DNA of 64,000 bases. It comes from an uncultured Acidimicrobiaceae bacterium (lineage in GTDB: Bacteria > Actinomycetota > Acidimicrobiia > Acidimicrobiales > Bog-793). Position numbers and translations under genes: made by a program. The stretch is taken from positions 16,409 to 80,408 of the forward strand of contig CAVSHA010000020.1 of NCBI GenBank assembly GCA_963727645.1. The letters are read 5' to 3'. Under the pieces are notes generated by a model. The model was not told the origin of the DNA. It ran no database searches and saw only the letters and a list, made by a program, of their open reading frames with translations. The stretch's first letter is position 1. Each line of letters begins with the position of its first letter. Positions 1-9,476 of the stretch are shown here, piece by piece.

Positions 1-475
1 GCCAGCGGCGGATGTGAGCCCTTTCGACCCACACGGCAAGGCCGCCGCCCATGAGGAGCACTACGGCTGCCGCCGCCTCGATGACGACCGACGTCTCGGC
101 CCAGGGGGCGCTCATGTAGGAGTGGTAGCCGAAGAGGCCGCCGTGAACCGACACGAGCAACGCAGCGATCGTCCCCGTCGCGTACACAGCTCCCAGCACC
201 GCCACAAAGACACGCCTGATCAGCCCTATCGCCAACGAGAGCAGGACGCCGAAGAAGCCTTGTACGAAGAAGAGCGGGCCGATCGTCGCTTTGTACCTGT
301 AGCCGTTCGCCCAAAGGTGGAAATGGATGGCCGCGGAAGTGATGAGCAAGGCCGCGCCGACGATGATCACGAGGCTGACCACGGGTCCAGTTGGCCGGCG
401 GGCCGCGCCCAACGCTCGCCCGGTTCGAACATCACGGTCGCTGCTCAAGCTGCCCCCAAGTGTCATCAGGGTCAT
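1..475 (-). CDS. Small integral membrane protein, truncated by the left window edge
   Basis: The minus-strand frame is open from the ATG at 475 to position 1; it is absent from the ORF track because no stop lies in the window. My translation MTLMTLGG...VVSLVIIVGAALLITSAAIHFHLW...FFVQGFFGVLLSLAIGLI...LGAVYATGTIAALLV shows several hydrophobic helices and G/C-rich third positions. No family recognised. Confidence 0.5.
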   Translation of the reverse strand, partial: MTLMTLGGSLSSDRDVRTGRALGAARRPTGPVVSLVIIVGAALLITSAAIHFHLWANGYRYKATIGPLFFVQGFFGVLLSLAIGLIRRVFVAVLGAVYATGTIAALLVSVHGGLFGYHSYMSAPWAETSVVIEAAAAVVLLMGGGLAVWVERAHIRRW

Positions 476-705
476 TGCTTGCCCAGATCGTACCTCCCCG
501 TCGCGCCGGGAATGCGCACGGATAGTGCCCGGACGGTTCCCGAGCGTGGTGAGCCGTGCAGCTGCGCGTCGGCCGGCCCGGCGCGATGTCGACCCGGTCA
601 CGCAGCCCTTCGCCGTCGCCGCGACCGGTAGTCTCGTTGGGTACTGGGCGACGGTGATCTGATCCTCGGGCTGCTCGAGTGTCGGGTTTGGAGGAGGCGA
701 CAACC

Positions 706-978
706 ATGTGTCTGGGGATCCCCGGTGAGGTGGTCGAGCTCCTCGGCTCGAACCGACACTTGGCGAAGGTCGATGTTGCCGGTGTGCGTCGCAACATCAA
801 CATCGACCTCTTGGAGGACGAGAGTGTTGTGCCGGGCGACTGGGTGCTCATCCATGTCGGCTTTGCCATGGCCAAGATCGACCAGGAGGAGGCACAACGA
901 GCGCTCGAGGGCCTGCAACTGATGGGTCAGGCCTACACCGACGAGGTTCAGGCAGTCATCGGGTCGCAGATCGCGTAG
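706..978 (+). CDS. hypC: [NiFe]-hydrogenase maturation chaperone HypC/HupF
   Basis: It lies inside ORF 679..978. The conserved N-terminus MCLGIPGEV starts at ATG 706, preceded by GGAGGAGG at about 690-698. PGDWVLIHVGFA is typical of HypC. Confidence 0.9.
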   Translation: MCLGIPGEVVELLGSNRHLAKVDVAGVRRNINIDLLEDESVVPGDWVLIHVGFAMAKIDQEEAQRALEGLQLMGQAYTDEVQAVIGSQIA

Positions 979-1070
979 CGGCAACGAGAAAGGGCAGTTG
1001 CGGCTTCGCCGGCGCAATCGTGGTGGCTTTCGCGCCGCCGGGCGTCGCGTGCGGGTGAGGGAGGAACATC

Positions 1071-2198
1071 ATGCGGTTCGTCGATGAGTACCGGGACCCG
1101 GCGGCGGCCCGCGCCCTGGTGGCCCGTATCACCGAGCTGGCATCCGGTGGTCACTACAAGTTCATGGAGGTCTGCGGAGGCCACACCCACACGATCTACC
1201 GCCACGGTATCGAGCACCTTCTCCCGACATCGGTCGAGCTGGTGCACGGCCCTGGGTGCCCGGTGTGCGTCATCCCGATGGGTCGCATCGACGACGCCAT
1301 CGCGGTAGCCCGGTCGCCCGGGGTCATCTTCACCTCCTTCGGCGACATGATGCGCGTCCCCGGCTCGAACGGCAGTCTGCTCGGTGCCAAGGCACAGGGC
1401 GCCGACGTCCGGATCGTCTACTCGCCGCTCGACGCGCTGCGTGTCGCCGTCGACAACCCGGACCGGCCCGTCGTGTTCTTCGCTGTTGGCTTTGAGACCA
1501 CGGCGCCCTCGACGGCGGCAACCGTGCTGAAGGCCAGGCAGGACGGGGTCACGAACTTCTGCGTCTTCTCGAACCACGTGACGATCGTGCCCCCGATCAG
1601 GGCCATCCTCGAGTCCGCTGACCTCCGCCTAGACGGGTTCATCGGGCCGGGTCACGTGTCGACGGTCGTCGGCCAGCGTCCTTACCGTTTCGTCCCGGAG
1701 GAGTACGGCAAGCCGCTCGTGACCGCCGGCTTCGAGCCGCTCGACATTCTTCAGGCGATAGAGATGCTGCTGACCCAGATCAGCGAGGGCCGATGCTGTG
1801 TCGAGAACCAGTACACGCGCTGTGTGAGCGAGGCCGGCAATCCGCGGGCGCTTGCCATATTGGACGAGGTATTCGAGGTTCGGCCGCAATTCGAATGGCG
1901 CGGCCTGGGCTTCATTCCCAACAGCGCCCTCAAGCTCAGGCCGAAGTTCGCCAAGTGGGATGCGGAGCTTCGTTTCGAGGTGCCGGGCGTGCGCGTCGCG
2001 GACCCAAAGGCCTGCCAGTGCGGCGAAGTGCTGAAGGGTGCCATCAAGCCGTGGGAATGCAAGGTGTTCGGCACCGCATGCACACCGGAGACCCCCATCG
2101 GCACCTGCATGGTCTCTTCCGAAGGTGCGTGTGCCGCCTACTACAACTTCGGGCGCCTGCACAGGGAGGTCGCCGTCACGATGGGCGGCCCCCGCTAG
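1071..2198 (+). CDS. hypD: Hydrogenase maturation protein HypD
   Basis: 375 aa. It carries MRFVDEYRD, CGGHTHTI, GPGCPVCV and FETTAP, plus the C-terminal Cys cluster CQCGEVL...CKVFGTAC...CMVSSEGAC. Confidence 0.95.
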   Translation: MRFVDEYRDPAAARALVARITELASGGHYKFMEVCGGHTHTIYRHGIEHLLPTSVELVHGPGCPVCVIPMGRIDDAIAVARSPGVIFTSFGDMMRVPGSNGSLLGAKAQGADVRIVYSPLDALRVAVDNPDRPVVFFAVGFETTAPSTAATVLKARQDGVTNFCVFSNHVTIVPPIRAILESADLRLDGFIGPGHVSTVVGQRPYRFVPEEYGKPLVTAGFEPLDILQAIEMLLTQISEGRCCVENQYTRCVSEAGNPRALAILDEVFEVRPQFEWRGLGFIPNSALKLRPKFAKWDAELRFEVPGVRVADPKACQCGEVLKGAIKPWECKVFGTACTPETPIGTCMVSSEGACAAYYNFGRLHREVAVTMGGPR

Positions 2199-2216
2199 CC
2201 CTGCGAGCAGGACCCG

Positions 2217-4532
2217 TCAGCCCGGACCGGTGCCGAGCGCGGCGATAGCCGCTTGCCCGACACTGATCCCGCCGTCGTTGGGCGGCACTGACTCGTGCAC
2301 GAGAACGGTGAGCCCCTCGGCGGCGAGACCGTCCTCGACGATGTCGCTGAAGCGCACGTTCTGGAACACGCCTCCACTCAGCGCGACGGTGTCGAGGCCA
2401 TGCCGGCGGCATAGGCGCGCACCGAGGCCAGCGGTGGCGCGCCCGAGGCTCTCGTGGAACCCTGCGGCGATGACCGCGCGGTCGGTTCCCATCTCAACCT
2501 CCCTCAGCACCGTGGCGATCAGGGGCGACGGATCGAGCACGTCGAGCTCGTCAGGGCCCGCAGCCTCCACGAGCTCGGTCGGGTATATCGGCGCCGATGC
2601 CCGAGGCACCGGGCGCGCGAGCGCCTCGAGCTCGATTGCCGCCTGGCCCTCGTAGCTGACCTGTGATCGCAGCCCGACCAGGGCGGCGACCGCGTCGAAG
2701 AGCCGGCCGACACTGGTGGTGAGGATCGAGTGGTGTCTCTCGCCGTCCGCCACAGCCAGGGGAAGGACCTGGTTCCACCGTGGATCGAGCCCCGCGCCGA
2801 GCCTGGCGGCGGTGTCCGCATCTGCGGCGCGCGCGGCCCAGGCGAGAGCCATTCGCCATGGCTCACGGACCGCAGCTGCCCCGCCCGGCAACGGGACGGG
2901 CCGTAGGTGCGCGGCTCGTTCGAAACCGTTGAAGTCGGCGACGAGGAACTCACCGCCCCACATCGTCCCGTCGGTGCCGTAGCCGAGCCCGTCGAAGGCG
3001 ATCCCGAGAACAGTGCCGGTGTGCCCGTGCTCGGCCAGGCACGAGGCGATGTGCGCGTGGTGATGCTGCACGGGCCACGGCTCGAGATCGAGATCGATGG
3101 CGTGCTTGGTCGACAGGTACTCCGGGTGGAGATCGTGTGCGACGACCTCCGGTTCGACCCCGAACAACCGGCACAAGTGAACCGTCGCCTGCAGGAATGA
3201 CTGATAGGTCGCGAGGTGCTCGAGGTCACCGATGTGGTGGCTGCACACGACGATGGACTCCTTGGCCACCGAGACTGTGCTCTTGAGCTCGGCACCCACA
3301 GCGAGCACCTGGCGGGCTGCCCGGCGAGGGAGCGGCAAGGCCTCTGGCACGTAGCCGCGGGACCGCCGGACCATCTGCAGGCGACGTCCTGACGCGCGGA
3401 CGACCGAATCGTCGCAACGGATGTGAATCCGGCGGTCGTGTGCCAGCACACCGTCGACCATGGGCCCGAGGCGGGCGAACGCGTCCTGGTCGGTGTGGGC
3501 GATCGGGTCGTCGGACTGGTTGCCGCTGCTCAGCACGAGTGGTCGCGCAACCTTGGCCATGAGCAGGTGGTGCAAGGGCGTGTAGGGAAGCATCAGCCCC
3601 AGGTCGGGCATCCCCGGGGCCACCGCATCGGCGACCACGGCGTCCTGCTTGCGGCGGGCGAGCACGATGGGGCGCGCGACACTGCCAAGCGCGGACACGG
3701 CGGTCGGATCGAGCACGCACAAGGACTTCGCAGTCTCGAGGTCGGCCACCATGAGGGCGAAGGGCTTTTCGTCCCTTGACTTACGGCGCCGAAGCTCGGT
3801 CACCGCCTCGCGGTTGGTCGCGTCGCAGGCCAAGTGATAGCCGCCTATGCCTTTCACGGCGACGATCAGGCCTGCGCAGAGCGCTTCGGCCACCGCGTCC
3901 AGAGCGGCACCGGCTCTGGCCAAGAGCAGGCCCGCCGGGTCATAGAAGGCAACCTGCGGGCCACAAGATGCACAAGCGTTCGGCTGTGCGTGGAAGCGAC
4001 GATCCGCCGGGTCGTCGTACTCTGCCTGGCACTCGGCGCACATCTGGAAACCGGCCATGGTCGTGGCAGGCCGGTCGTAGGGGACCGAGAGCACGATCGT
4101 GTAGCGCGGCCCACAGTTCGTGCAGTTGGTGAAGGGATAGCCGTGCCGGCGGTCGTCCGGGTCGTCCACCTCCGAGAGGCAGTCGTCGCAGGTCGCGCTG
4201 TCGACACTGACGGCCACGTTCGGGACTCGACCTGCGGTGCTGTCGACGATCCGGAAGCCGTCGAAGGTCCCGTCACTGGGCAGCGTGGTCCAGTCGACCG
4301 AGGTGACCCGAGCGAGCGGCGGGGGAGCCTCCTTGAGCAGCCTGCAGAGCTCGGTCACCTCTGCCTGCTCACCTTCGACCTCGATGAGCACACCGGAGGA
4401 GTCGTTCAGCACGAACCCGGCGAGCCCAAGGGCAACGGCGTGGCGGAACACGAAAGGACGAAAGCCCACCCCCTGCACCGTGCCGGTGACTCTCACGCGC
4501 CGGCGCTCGGTGAGCTGAGGCAGCTCGCTCAC
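2217..4532 (-). CDS. hypF: Carbamoyltransferase HypF
   Basis: 771 aa. It has an N-terminal acylphosphatase-like segment (RVRVTGTVQGVGFRPFV) and two CxxC-x18-CxxC zinc fingers (CDDCLSE..CTNCGPRY; CAECQAEY..CASCGP). These are followed by a YrdC-like part (VAVKGIGGYHLACDA) and a Kae1-like C-terminal domain. Confidence 0.95.
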   Translation of the reverse strand: MSELPQLTERRRVRVTGTVQGVGFRPFVFRHAVALGLAGFVLNDSSGVLIEVEGEQAEVTELCRLLKEAPPPLARVTSVDWTTLPSDGTFDGFRIVDSTAGRVPNVAVSVDSATCDDCLSEVDDPDDRRHGYPFTNCTNCGPRYTIVLSVPYDRPATTMAGFQMCAECQAEYDDPADRRFHAQPNACASCGPQVAFYDPAGLLLARAGAALDAVAEALCAGLIVAVKGIGGYHLACDATNREAVTELRRRKSRDEKPFALMVADLETAKSLCVLDPTAVSALGSVARPIVLARRKQDAVVADAVAPGMPDLGLMLPYTPLHHLLMAKVARPLVLSSGNQSDDPIAHTDQDAFARLGPMVDGVLAHDRRIHIRCDDSVVRASGRRLQMVRRSRGYVPEALPLPRRAARQVLAVGAELKSTVSVAKESIVVCSHHIGDLEHLATYQSFLQATVHLCRLFGVEPEVVAHDLHPEYLSTKHAIDLDLEPWPVQHHHAHIASCLAEHGHTGTVLGIAFDGLGYGTDGTMWGGEFLVADFNGFERAAHLRPVPLPGGAAAVREPWRMALAWAARAADADTAARLGAGLDPRWNQVLPLAVADGERHHSILTTSVGRLFDAVAALVGLRSQVSYEGQAAIELEALARPVPRASAPIYPTELVEAAGPDELDVLDPSPLIATVLREVEMGTDRAVIAAGFHESLGRATAGLGARLCRRHGLDTVALSGGVFQNVRFSDIVEDGLAAEGLTVLVHESVPPNDGGISVGQAAIAALGTGPG

Positions 4533-4538
4533 CTCGGG

Positions 4539-5753
4539 CTAGCAGATCCGGGGCAGCGGGTCGCCGACCAGCATGTCGACGATCCGTGTTCCCCCGAATG
4601 ATGTGCGCAGCACGACGATGCCCTGAGGCTCGGCGCGAATGTCCCCGATGATCGCCGCATCGGCCCCGAGCCGATGGCTGCGCAGTGCCTTCACGGCTGC
4701 ATCGGCCTGCTTGGCGGCAACGACGGCCACGAGCTTGCCTTCGTTGGCGACATAGAGAGGATCGATCCCGAGCAGGTCACAAGCCCCCGCAACCGCGGCA
4801 TCGATAGGCAGGGCGGACTCGTCCAGCACGACGGCGAGGCCGGTGTCGTGGGCCAGTTCGTTGCAGACGGTCCCGACGCCACCGCGCGTCGGATCCCGTA
4901 GCCAGCGAGTCGACGGGGCGGCCGAGAACAGGGCCTCGACGAGCTCGGTCACCGGGGCGGTGTCGGACTTGAGCTCCGCCTCGAGGGCCAGGTCGCCTCT
5001 TGCCAACATCACCGCCATCCCGTGATCGGCAATGGTGCCGGAGATGAGGACGCGATCGCCGCGCTCGACGAGATCGGCTCCCAGCCTGCGGCCGGAAGGG
5101 ATGACGCCGATGCCGGACGTTGTCACGTAAAGACCGTCGGCTGCACCTCGGCCGACGACCTTGGTGTCACCGGTGACGATTGTCACACCGGCCGCCGCTG
5201 CAGCCTCTGCCATGTCGGCGACAACCCTCCGGAGCTCGCTGATCGCGAAGCCCTCCTCGATGACGAACGCGGCCGAGAGCCACTCAGGGTGGGCACCCAT
5301 GACCGCGAGGTCATTGACCGTCCCGTGGACCGCGAGGTGACCGATCGATCCACCAGGGAAACGAAGCGGTTTCACCACGAACGAATCGGTGGTGAACGCC
5401 AGCGTCTCACCGTGCGCAAGCGCGATGAGCGCGGCGTCGGTCAGCGGCGGCCGCTCGAGGCCCTGGAAAGGATCCAAGAACACGGCGTCGATCAACGCAG
5501 CCGTCGCCTTGCCTCCGGCGCCGTGCGCCAGGGTGATGAAGTCGTCCCGGAACCGAGGCCGGCGGCGCCGGAAGATCTCGATGCGCTCGAGCACAGCAGC
5601 CTCCCGCTCGCTCAAGTTCTCGACTGGCGCCATAGGTGCCGCTGCGGCGGGCTCCGACTTGCCTCGGTCCGGCTCCTCCTCGGTCAACGCGCCCTCCTCG
5701 GGATCTGGTGTTTCCTGATTCGCGGCCGGCTGTTGCCGACCGGCGACGCTCAT
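4539..5753 (-). CDS. hypE: Hydrogenase maturation protein HypE, with an N-terminal extension of about 50 aa
   Basis: 404 aa of the PurM/AIR-synthase-like family, ending in the HypE-specific PRIC. Its ATG at 5753 overlaps the upstream stop (ATGA at 5750-5753). The canonical core begins near ITLAHGAGGKA. Confidence 0.93.
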   Translation of the reverse strand: MSVAGRQQPAANQETPDPEEGALTEEEPDRGKSEPAAAAPMAPVENLSEREAAVLERIEIFRRRRPRFRDDFITLAHGAGGKATAALIDAVFLDPFQGLERPPLTDAALIALAHGETLAFTTDSFVVKPLRFPGGSIGHLAVHGTVNDLAVMGAHPEWLSAAFVIEEGFAISELRRVVADMAEAAAAAGVTIVTGDTKVVGRGAADGLYVTTSGIGVIPSGRRLGADLVERGDRVLISGTIADHGMAVMLARGDLALEAELKSDTAPVTELVEALFSAAPSTRWLRDPTRGGVGTVCNELAHDTGLAVVLDESALPIDAAVAGACDLLGIDPLYVANEGKLVAVVAAKQADAAVKALRSHRLGADAAIIGDIRAEPQGIVVLRTSFGGTRIVDMLVGDPLPRIC

Positions 5754-6538
5754 CGCGGTGATCTCCCGACGATGGTGATCGCGGCACCGGCGTGGATCAG
5801 CACGAGGTCACCCGGACGCGCACTTTCGACCAGGGTCGTGTCCACCGCTTCGAGACCGACGGGTGTCCGGACCTGTGCGCGGCCGTCAGCCCGGATGGCG
5901 ACGATCTCGCCGAGGCGTCCCTCGTCCGAGCAGGTGATGCAGACTTCGTCTGCGCACACGGCCTGCTCGGGCTCGACAAGGTCAGGATGCCCGAGGCAGG
6001 CGCGGGTGAGCTCCGCGAGCCGGTGGTAGGCAAGGGCGAACCGTCCCCCGTAGGTGGACACCGTCTCGTCGCCGTCCACCCACAGGACGTAGTCGGCCGA
6101 ACCCGGCTCCGGCCTCGGGCCAGCGCCGATCCACACCGTGAGCACCCCCCATGCGCCCGCCCGTTGCCTGAGCCCGGCAACCGACGGCTCGTCGGTTCTC
6201 GAGACGACGAGCAGCATGTCACCCGCACGCGCGATCGGCCGGAGGAGCTCCCACAAGTGGTCACCCGGGACCATCACGGCGGGAAGGGAGCGTTCTCCGG
6301 CGATCTGCGGGTGGGCGAACTCGGCGGCAGCGTGCTCGGCGTGCCAGGGCCACGAAGGCGCTGAGCACCAGAGCTTGGCATCGACGGCAAACCGGCGCGC
6401 CATCGCCAACGAAGCGGCGGCAAAGTCTGCTGCGTCGGCCCCCCCGATGTCCTGGTTCACTTCGACATTTGTCGCCAACGGCCGATCTGTCCTCACACGC
6501 TCCGGCTCTCGCGCCTCATGGGCGCCGGCACGTGCCAC
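5750..6538 (-). CDS. Fusion of a degenerate SIS (GmhA-like) domain and a C-terminal HupF/HypC-type domain
   Basis: 262 aa with a GTG start. The N-terminal part follows the SIS layout (AKLWCSAP..HAEHAAAEFAHP..SLPAV..GDMLLVVSRTDEPS..GVLTVWIGAG) but lacks GNGGS. The C-terminal EVCITCSDEGRLGEIV...PGDLVLIHAGAAI parallels HypC (PGDWVLIHVGFA in the gene at 706). Confidence 0.7.
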   Translation of the reverse strand: MARAGAHEAREPERVRTDRPLATNVEVNQDIGGADAADFAAASLAMARRFAVDAKLWCSAPSWPWHAEHAAAEFAHPQIAGERSLPAVMVPGDHLWELLRPIARAGDMLLVVSRTDEPSVAGLRQRAGAWGVLTVWIGAGPRPEPGSADYVLWVDGDETVSTYGGRFALAYHRLAELTRACLGHPDLVEPEQAVCADEVCITCSDEGRLGEIVAIRADGRAQVRTPVGLEAVDTTLVESARPGDLVLIHAGAAITIVGRSPR

Positions 6539-6706
6539 TGGGCGATCGGACTCGAGAAACGACCCGAAATCGTGTGATCCATTGCCGCTCCTCCAAGAAA
6601 CCTGTCCGCCCCAGTCTACGCCCAGGCCCTTGAGATGGCTCCTGGCGCCGGCTGGTCCTCAGGCATGTCGTTCCGCTGTGGTCCGGGTGCCGGTAGGGTC
6701 CGGTCA

Positions 6707-7636
6707 ATGTCCACCAGCATCGGACCGGGGAATCCGGCTCCTTCGGGTTCCGGGCTGCTCTGCTCGTCTTGGGCACGTGATCAGCATGTCGACCCGATCG
6801 GTACGGCAGGCTGCTATCGAGGCTATCTGCTCCTCGAATGGCCCCTTCCCTGGCGGCGTGACTTGAGTGACGATCCGGCGCTCGCACCTGTCGTGGCACT
6901 CGTCCGAAGTGCCGCGATGCGCCTTCAGGGGCTGGTGCCTGTCTCGGCGGACGGGCCGCGCCATGTCATCGCCTACCGGTGGCCGGCCGACGGGGGCGCC
7001 CGGTTCGAGCGGACCGAGCTTACCGTCGCGCCCGAGGAGGTCATTGCCGCTGCACTGGCGGTCTTCGGAGAGCCGCCGAGTGCCACCGAGATCACTGACG
7101 TTCTTGTCTGCACGCATGGAAGGCGCGACCGGTGTTGCGGGTCGCTCGGGACAGCGCTGGCCCAGGAGCTCTCCGCAGGTCCCCTCCAGCTCGGTGAAGA
7201 TGTGAGGGTGTGGAGGACGAGCCACACGGGGGGGCATCGATTCGCACCGACGGCGGTCGTGCTGCCTCAAGGGACGTTGTGGGCCTTCTGCGACAGGGCC
7301 GCGCTGGCCAGGATCGTGCGAGGGAAGGGTCCCCTGGACGACCTGCTCCCGCGTTATAGGGGGTGCGCGGGGATGGTCTCGCCTGCCGTCCAGGCACTCG
7401 AGCGCGCGGTGCTCGAGAAGGTCGGATGGCCGCTGTTCACCATGACCAGGCGCGGCGCGCAGCTCGAGGACGACCGGGCCGAGCTTGTCGTCGAGGACCT
7501 CAGCGGCGAGCCGGTGGTCTGGGAGGCAGTCGTGCGCGTCGACCGGGAGGTGCCCGCGCCCAGTTGTGGCTCGGCGATCGAGCTTGCGACCAAGACCGAG
7601 CCGCAGTTCGTGGTTGAGTACCTGCGACGCCGCTAG
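6707..7636 (+). CDS. Sucrase/ferredoxin-like (Suc_Fer-like, thioredoxin-fold) protein
   Basis: It lies inside ORF 6635..7636 and carries the motifs LVCTHGRRDRCCG and HTGGHRFAP. The start is uncertain (ATG 6635, 6665 or 6707). I chose 6707 because family homology begins near LLCSSWARDQHVDPIGTAG. Confidence 0.7.
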   Translation: MSTSIGPGNPAPSGSGLLCSSWARDQHVDPIGTAGCYRGYLLLEWPLPWRRDLSDDPALAPVVALVRSAAMRLQGLVPVSADGPRHVIAYRWPADGGARFERTELTVAPEEVIAAALAVFGEPPSATEITDVLVCTHGRRDRCCGSLGTALAQELSAGPLQLGEDVRVWRTSHTGGHRFAPTAVVLPQGTLWAFCDRAALARIVRGKGPLDDLLPRYRGCAGMVSPAVQALERAVLEKVGWPLFTMTRRGAQLEDDRAELVVEDLSGEPVVWEAVVRVDREVPAPSCGSAIELATKTEPQFVVEYLRRR

Positions 7637-7743
7637 CAGCCCCGGGGGAGCTTCGGTCCTCGCCGATCGTCGGAGTGGGGAACGGCGGATGGTGCCTTAG
7701 GCTGGTGCGTGTCCCACTGCCACTTCCCGCCAGGAGCTGAGCG

Positions 7744-8586
7744 ATGAGGCTTGCCACCATCCGGACCGCAGAAGGCACCCGCGTCGCGCGGCTCGAAGGA
7801 GACAGCCTGCTTGTGCTGGAGGTTCCGGACGTCGGTACCCTGCTGGCTTCGACGAGCCCGGGATCGTGGACGGATGCCGTGGTGGACCTGGAGGTCACCG
7901 GGGAGCTGGCCTTCGCCGAGGCGTCGTTTGCTCCGCTCGTGCCTCATCCGGAGAAGATCTTCTGTGTCGGGCTCAACTACCGGTCCCACATCCTGGAGAT
8001 GTCACATGAGTTGCCGGGCTACCCGACGCTGTTCGCCAAGTTCGCCTCCGGTCTCATCGGGGCGCATGACGACCTTGTGCTGCCGTCGGTGAGCCATGCC
8101 GTCGATTGGGAGGTCGAGCTCGGCATCGTCATCGGCCGTCGGGTCCGGCGCGCGACGCTCGAGCAGGCGCGCGACGCGATCGCCGGGTTCACCGTCGTCA
8201 ACGACGTCTCGATGCGCGACTGGCAACGCAGGACGACCCAGTATCTGCAGGGCAAGGCCTTCGACGCATCGACACCGGTCGGCCCAGTGCTAGTCACGGG
8301 TGATGAGATCGGTGGTGCCACCGATCTCGAGGTGCGCTGCGAGATCGACGGCGTCGTGATGCAGCGCGGCCGGACGTCGGACCTCCTGTTCGGGCCGGCC
8401 AGTGTCGTGAGCTACATCAGCCAGTTCGCGGCTCTGTGCCCGGGCGACCTGATCTCGACCGGAACCCCTGGCGGGGTTGGGGCTGGACGCAGCCCGCAGG
8501 TGTTCCTCGAGCCCGGTCAGGTGCTCACCACCGCAATCGAGGGGATCGGCAGCTGCGTGAACCGCTGCGTACCGGAGGTGGCCTGA
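7744..8586 (+). CDS. Fumarylacetoacetate hydrolase (FAH) family protein
   Basis: 280 aa. MRLATIRT..G..VARLEGD, FCVGLNYRSHILE, PTLFAKF and WEVELGIVIG are typical of FAH / 2-keto-4-pentenoate hydratase-type enzymes. Confidence 0.85.
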   Translation: MRLATIRTAEGTRVARLEGDSLLVLEVPDVGTLLASTSPGSWTDAVVDLEVTGELAFAEASFAPLVPHPEKIFCVGLNYRSHILEMSHELPGYPTLFAKFASGLIGAHDDLVLPSVSHAVDWEVELGIVIGRRVRRATLEQARDAIAGFTVVNDVSMRDWQRRTTQYLQGKAFDASTPVGPVLVTGDEIGGATDLEVRCEIDGVVMQRGRTSDLLFGPASVVSYISQFAALCPGDLISTGTPGGVGAGRSPQVFLEPGQVLTTAIEGIGSCVNRCVPEVA

Positions 8587-8683
8587 ACCGCGACCCCGAG
8601 AAGGGCAGCTTGCCTGGAAACCGGGATCAAGCGGGCGAAAGGCTCTGACCAGCGGTTTTGACGCCTGCTGGTAGCGTCGCGGT

Positions 8684-9439
8684 ATGCGTCCTCGTCCCCT
8701 TCTTGTCACACTGACTGCTGTGATAGCGGTCGCGGCGGGCTGCGGCAGCTCTGCGGCCGGGTCCAAGGGCCCCAACGGCGTCCAGTCGAAGTCAGGCGAC
8801 CAGATCGTGGCGGCGGCTGTCACGGCGACCGAGCGACAGAGATCGTTCCATTTCGTGGAGAGCACAGGGGAGGCGGGCACCTCGGTGAGCCTCGTCGCCG
8901 ACGTCGGCACCTCGAGCGGCGAGGAGCGCGTCACGATCCACGAGGGTACCAAGGATGGACATCTCACCCTCCGGCTTGTCGCCCGGACGGCCTATCTTCA
9001 GGGCGACGCGCTCGGTTTGGAGGACTTCACGGGGTTGAGCGCGAAGCTGGCGGGGGACTTTGCCGGGAAGTGGATCTCAGTTCCTTCCACGAATGCGGGC
9101 TTTTCCGACCTCGCCGGCTCCTTGGCAGTCAAGACGGCTTCGGCTCAGCTCGTGAAGCTGCCCGGCAAGCTCACGCGGGGAAAGACGTCGACCGAACTGG
9201 GGCATCGGGCTGTGGCTGTCGACGCCGTGCAAACGACGAGCTCCGGCAGCCTGAAGCTCACGATGTACGTGGCGACGACAGGAGCTGCGCTCCCGATCCT
9301 CGTCGAAGGGACGACGCAGGCGGCCGGCAGCACGGCCCACTCGGTGTCCGGCAAGTTCAGCGATTGGGGCGAGACCGTGCACCTGAGCGCCCCGAGCGTC
9401 TCGGTACCACTTGCCACCGTGCAGGCACTCGCGGGCTGA
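8684..9439 (+). CDS. Putative secreted lipoprotein
   Basis: 251 aa. It has a signal peptide with a lipobox (LTAVIAVAAGCGSS). The mature part is Ser/Thr/Gly-rich and likely beta-rich, possibly a LolA/LprG-like fold; that fold assignment is inference. Confidence 0.7.
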   Translation: MRPRPLLVTLTAVIAVAAGCGSSAAGSKGPNGVQSKSGDQIVAAAVTATERQRSFHFVESTGEAGTSVSLVADVGTSSGEERVTIHEGTKDGHLTLRLVARTAYLQGDALGLEDFTGLSAKLAGDFAGKWISVPSTNAGFSDLAGSLAVKTASAQLVKLPGKLTRGKTSTELGHRAVAVDAVQTTSSGSLKLTMYVATTGAALPILVEGTTQAAGSTAHSVSGKFSDWGETVHLSAPSVSVPLATVQALAG

Positions 9440-9476
9440 GCGACCTCACGAGTGCTCGGCCGGTTCGGGAGGGGCG

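Noticed and set aside
14-1017. Plus- and minus-strand ORFs at the left edge: 14..631, 327..662, 432..875, 598..1017.
   Set aside because: Their composition is low-complexity and Arg-rich. The region is better explained by the minus-strand membrane protein (1-475), an intergenic promoter region and hypC.
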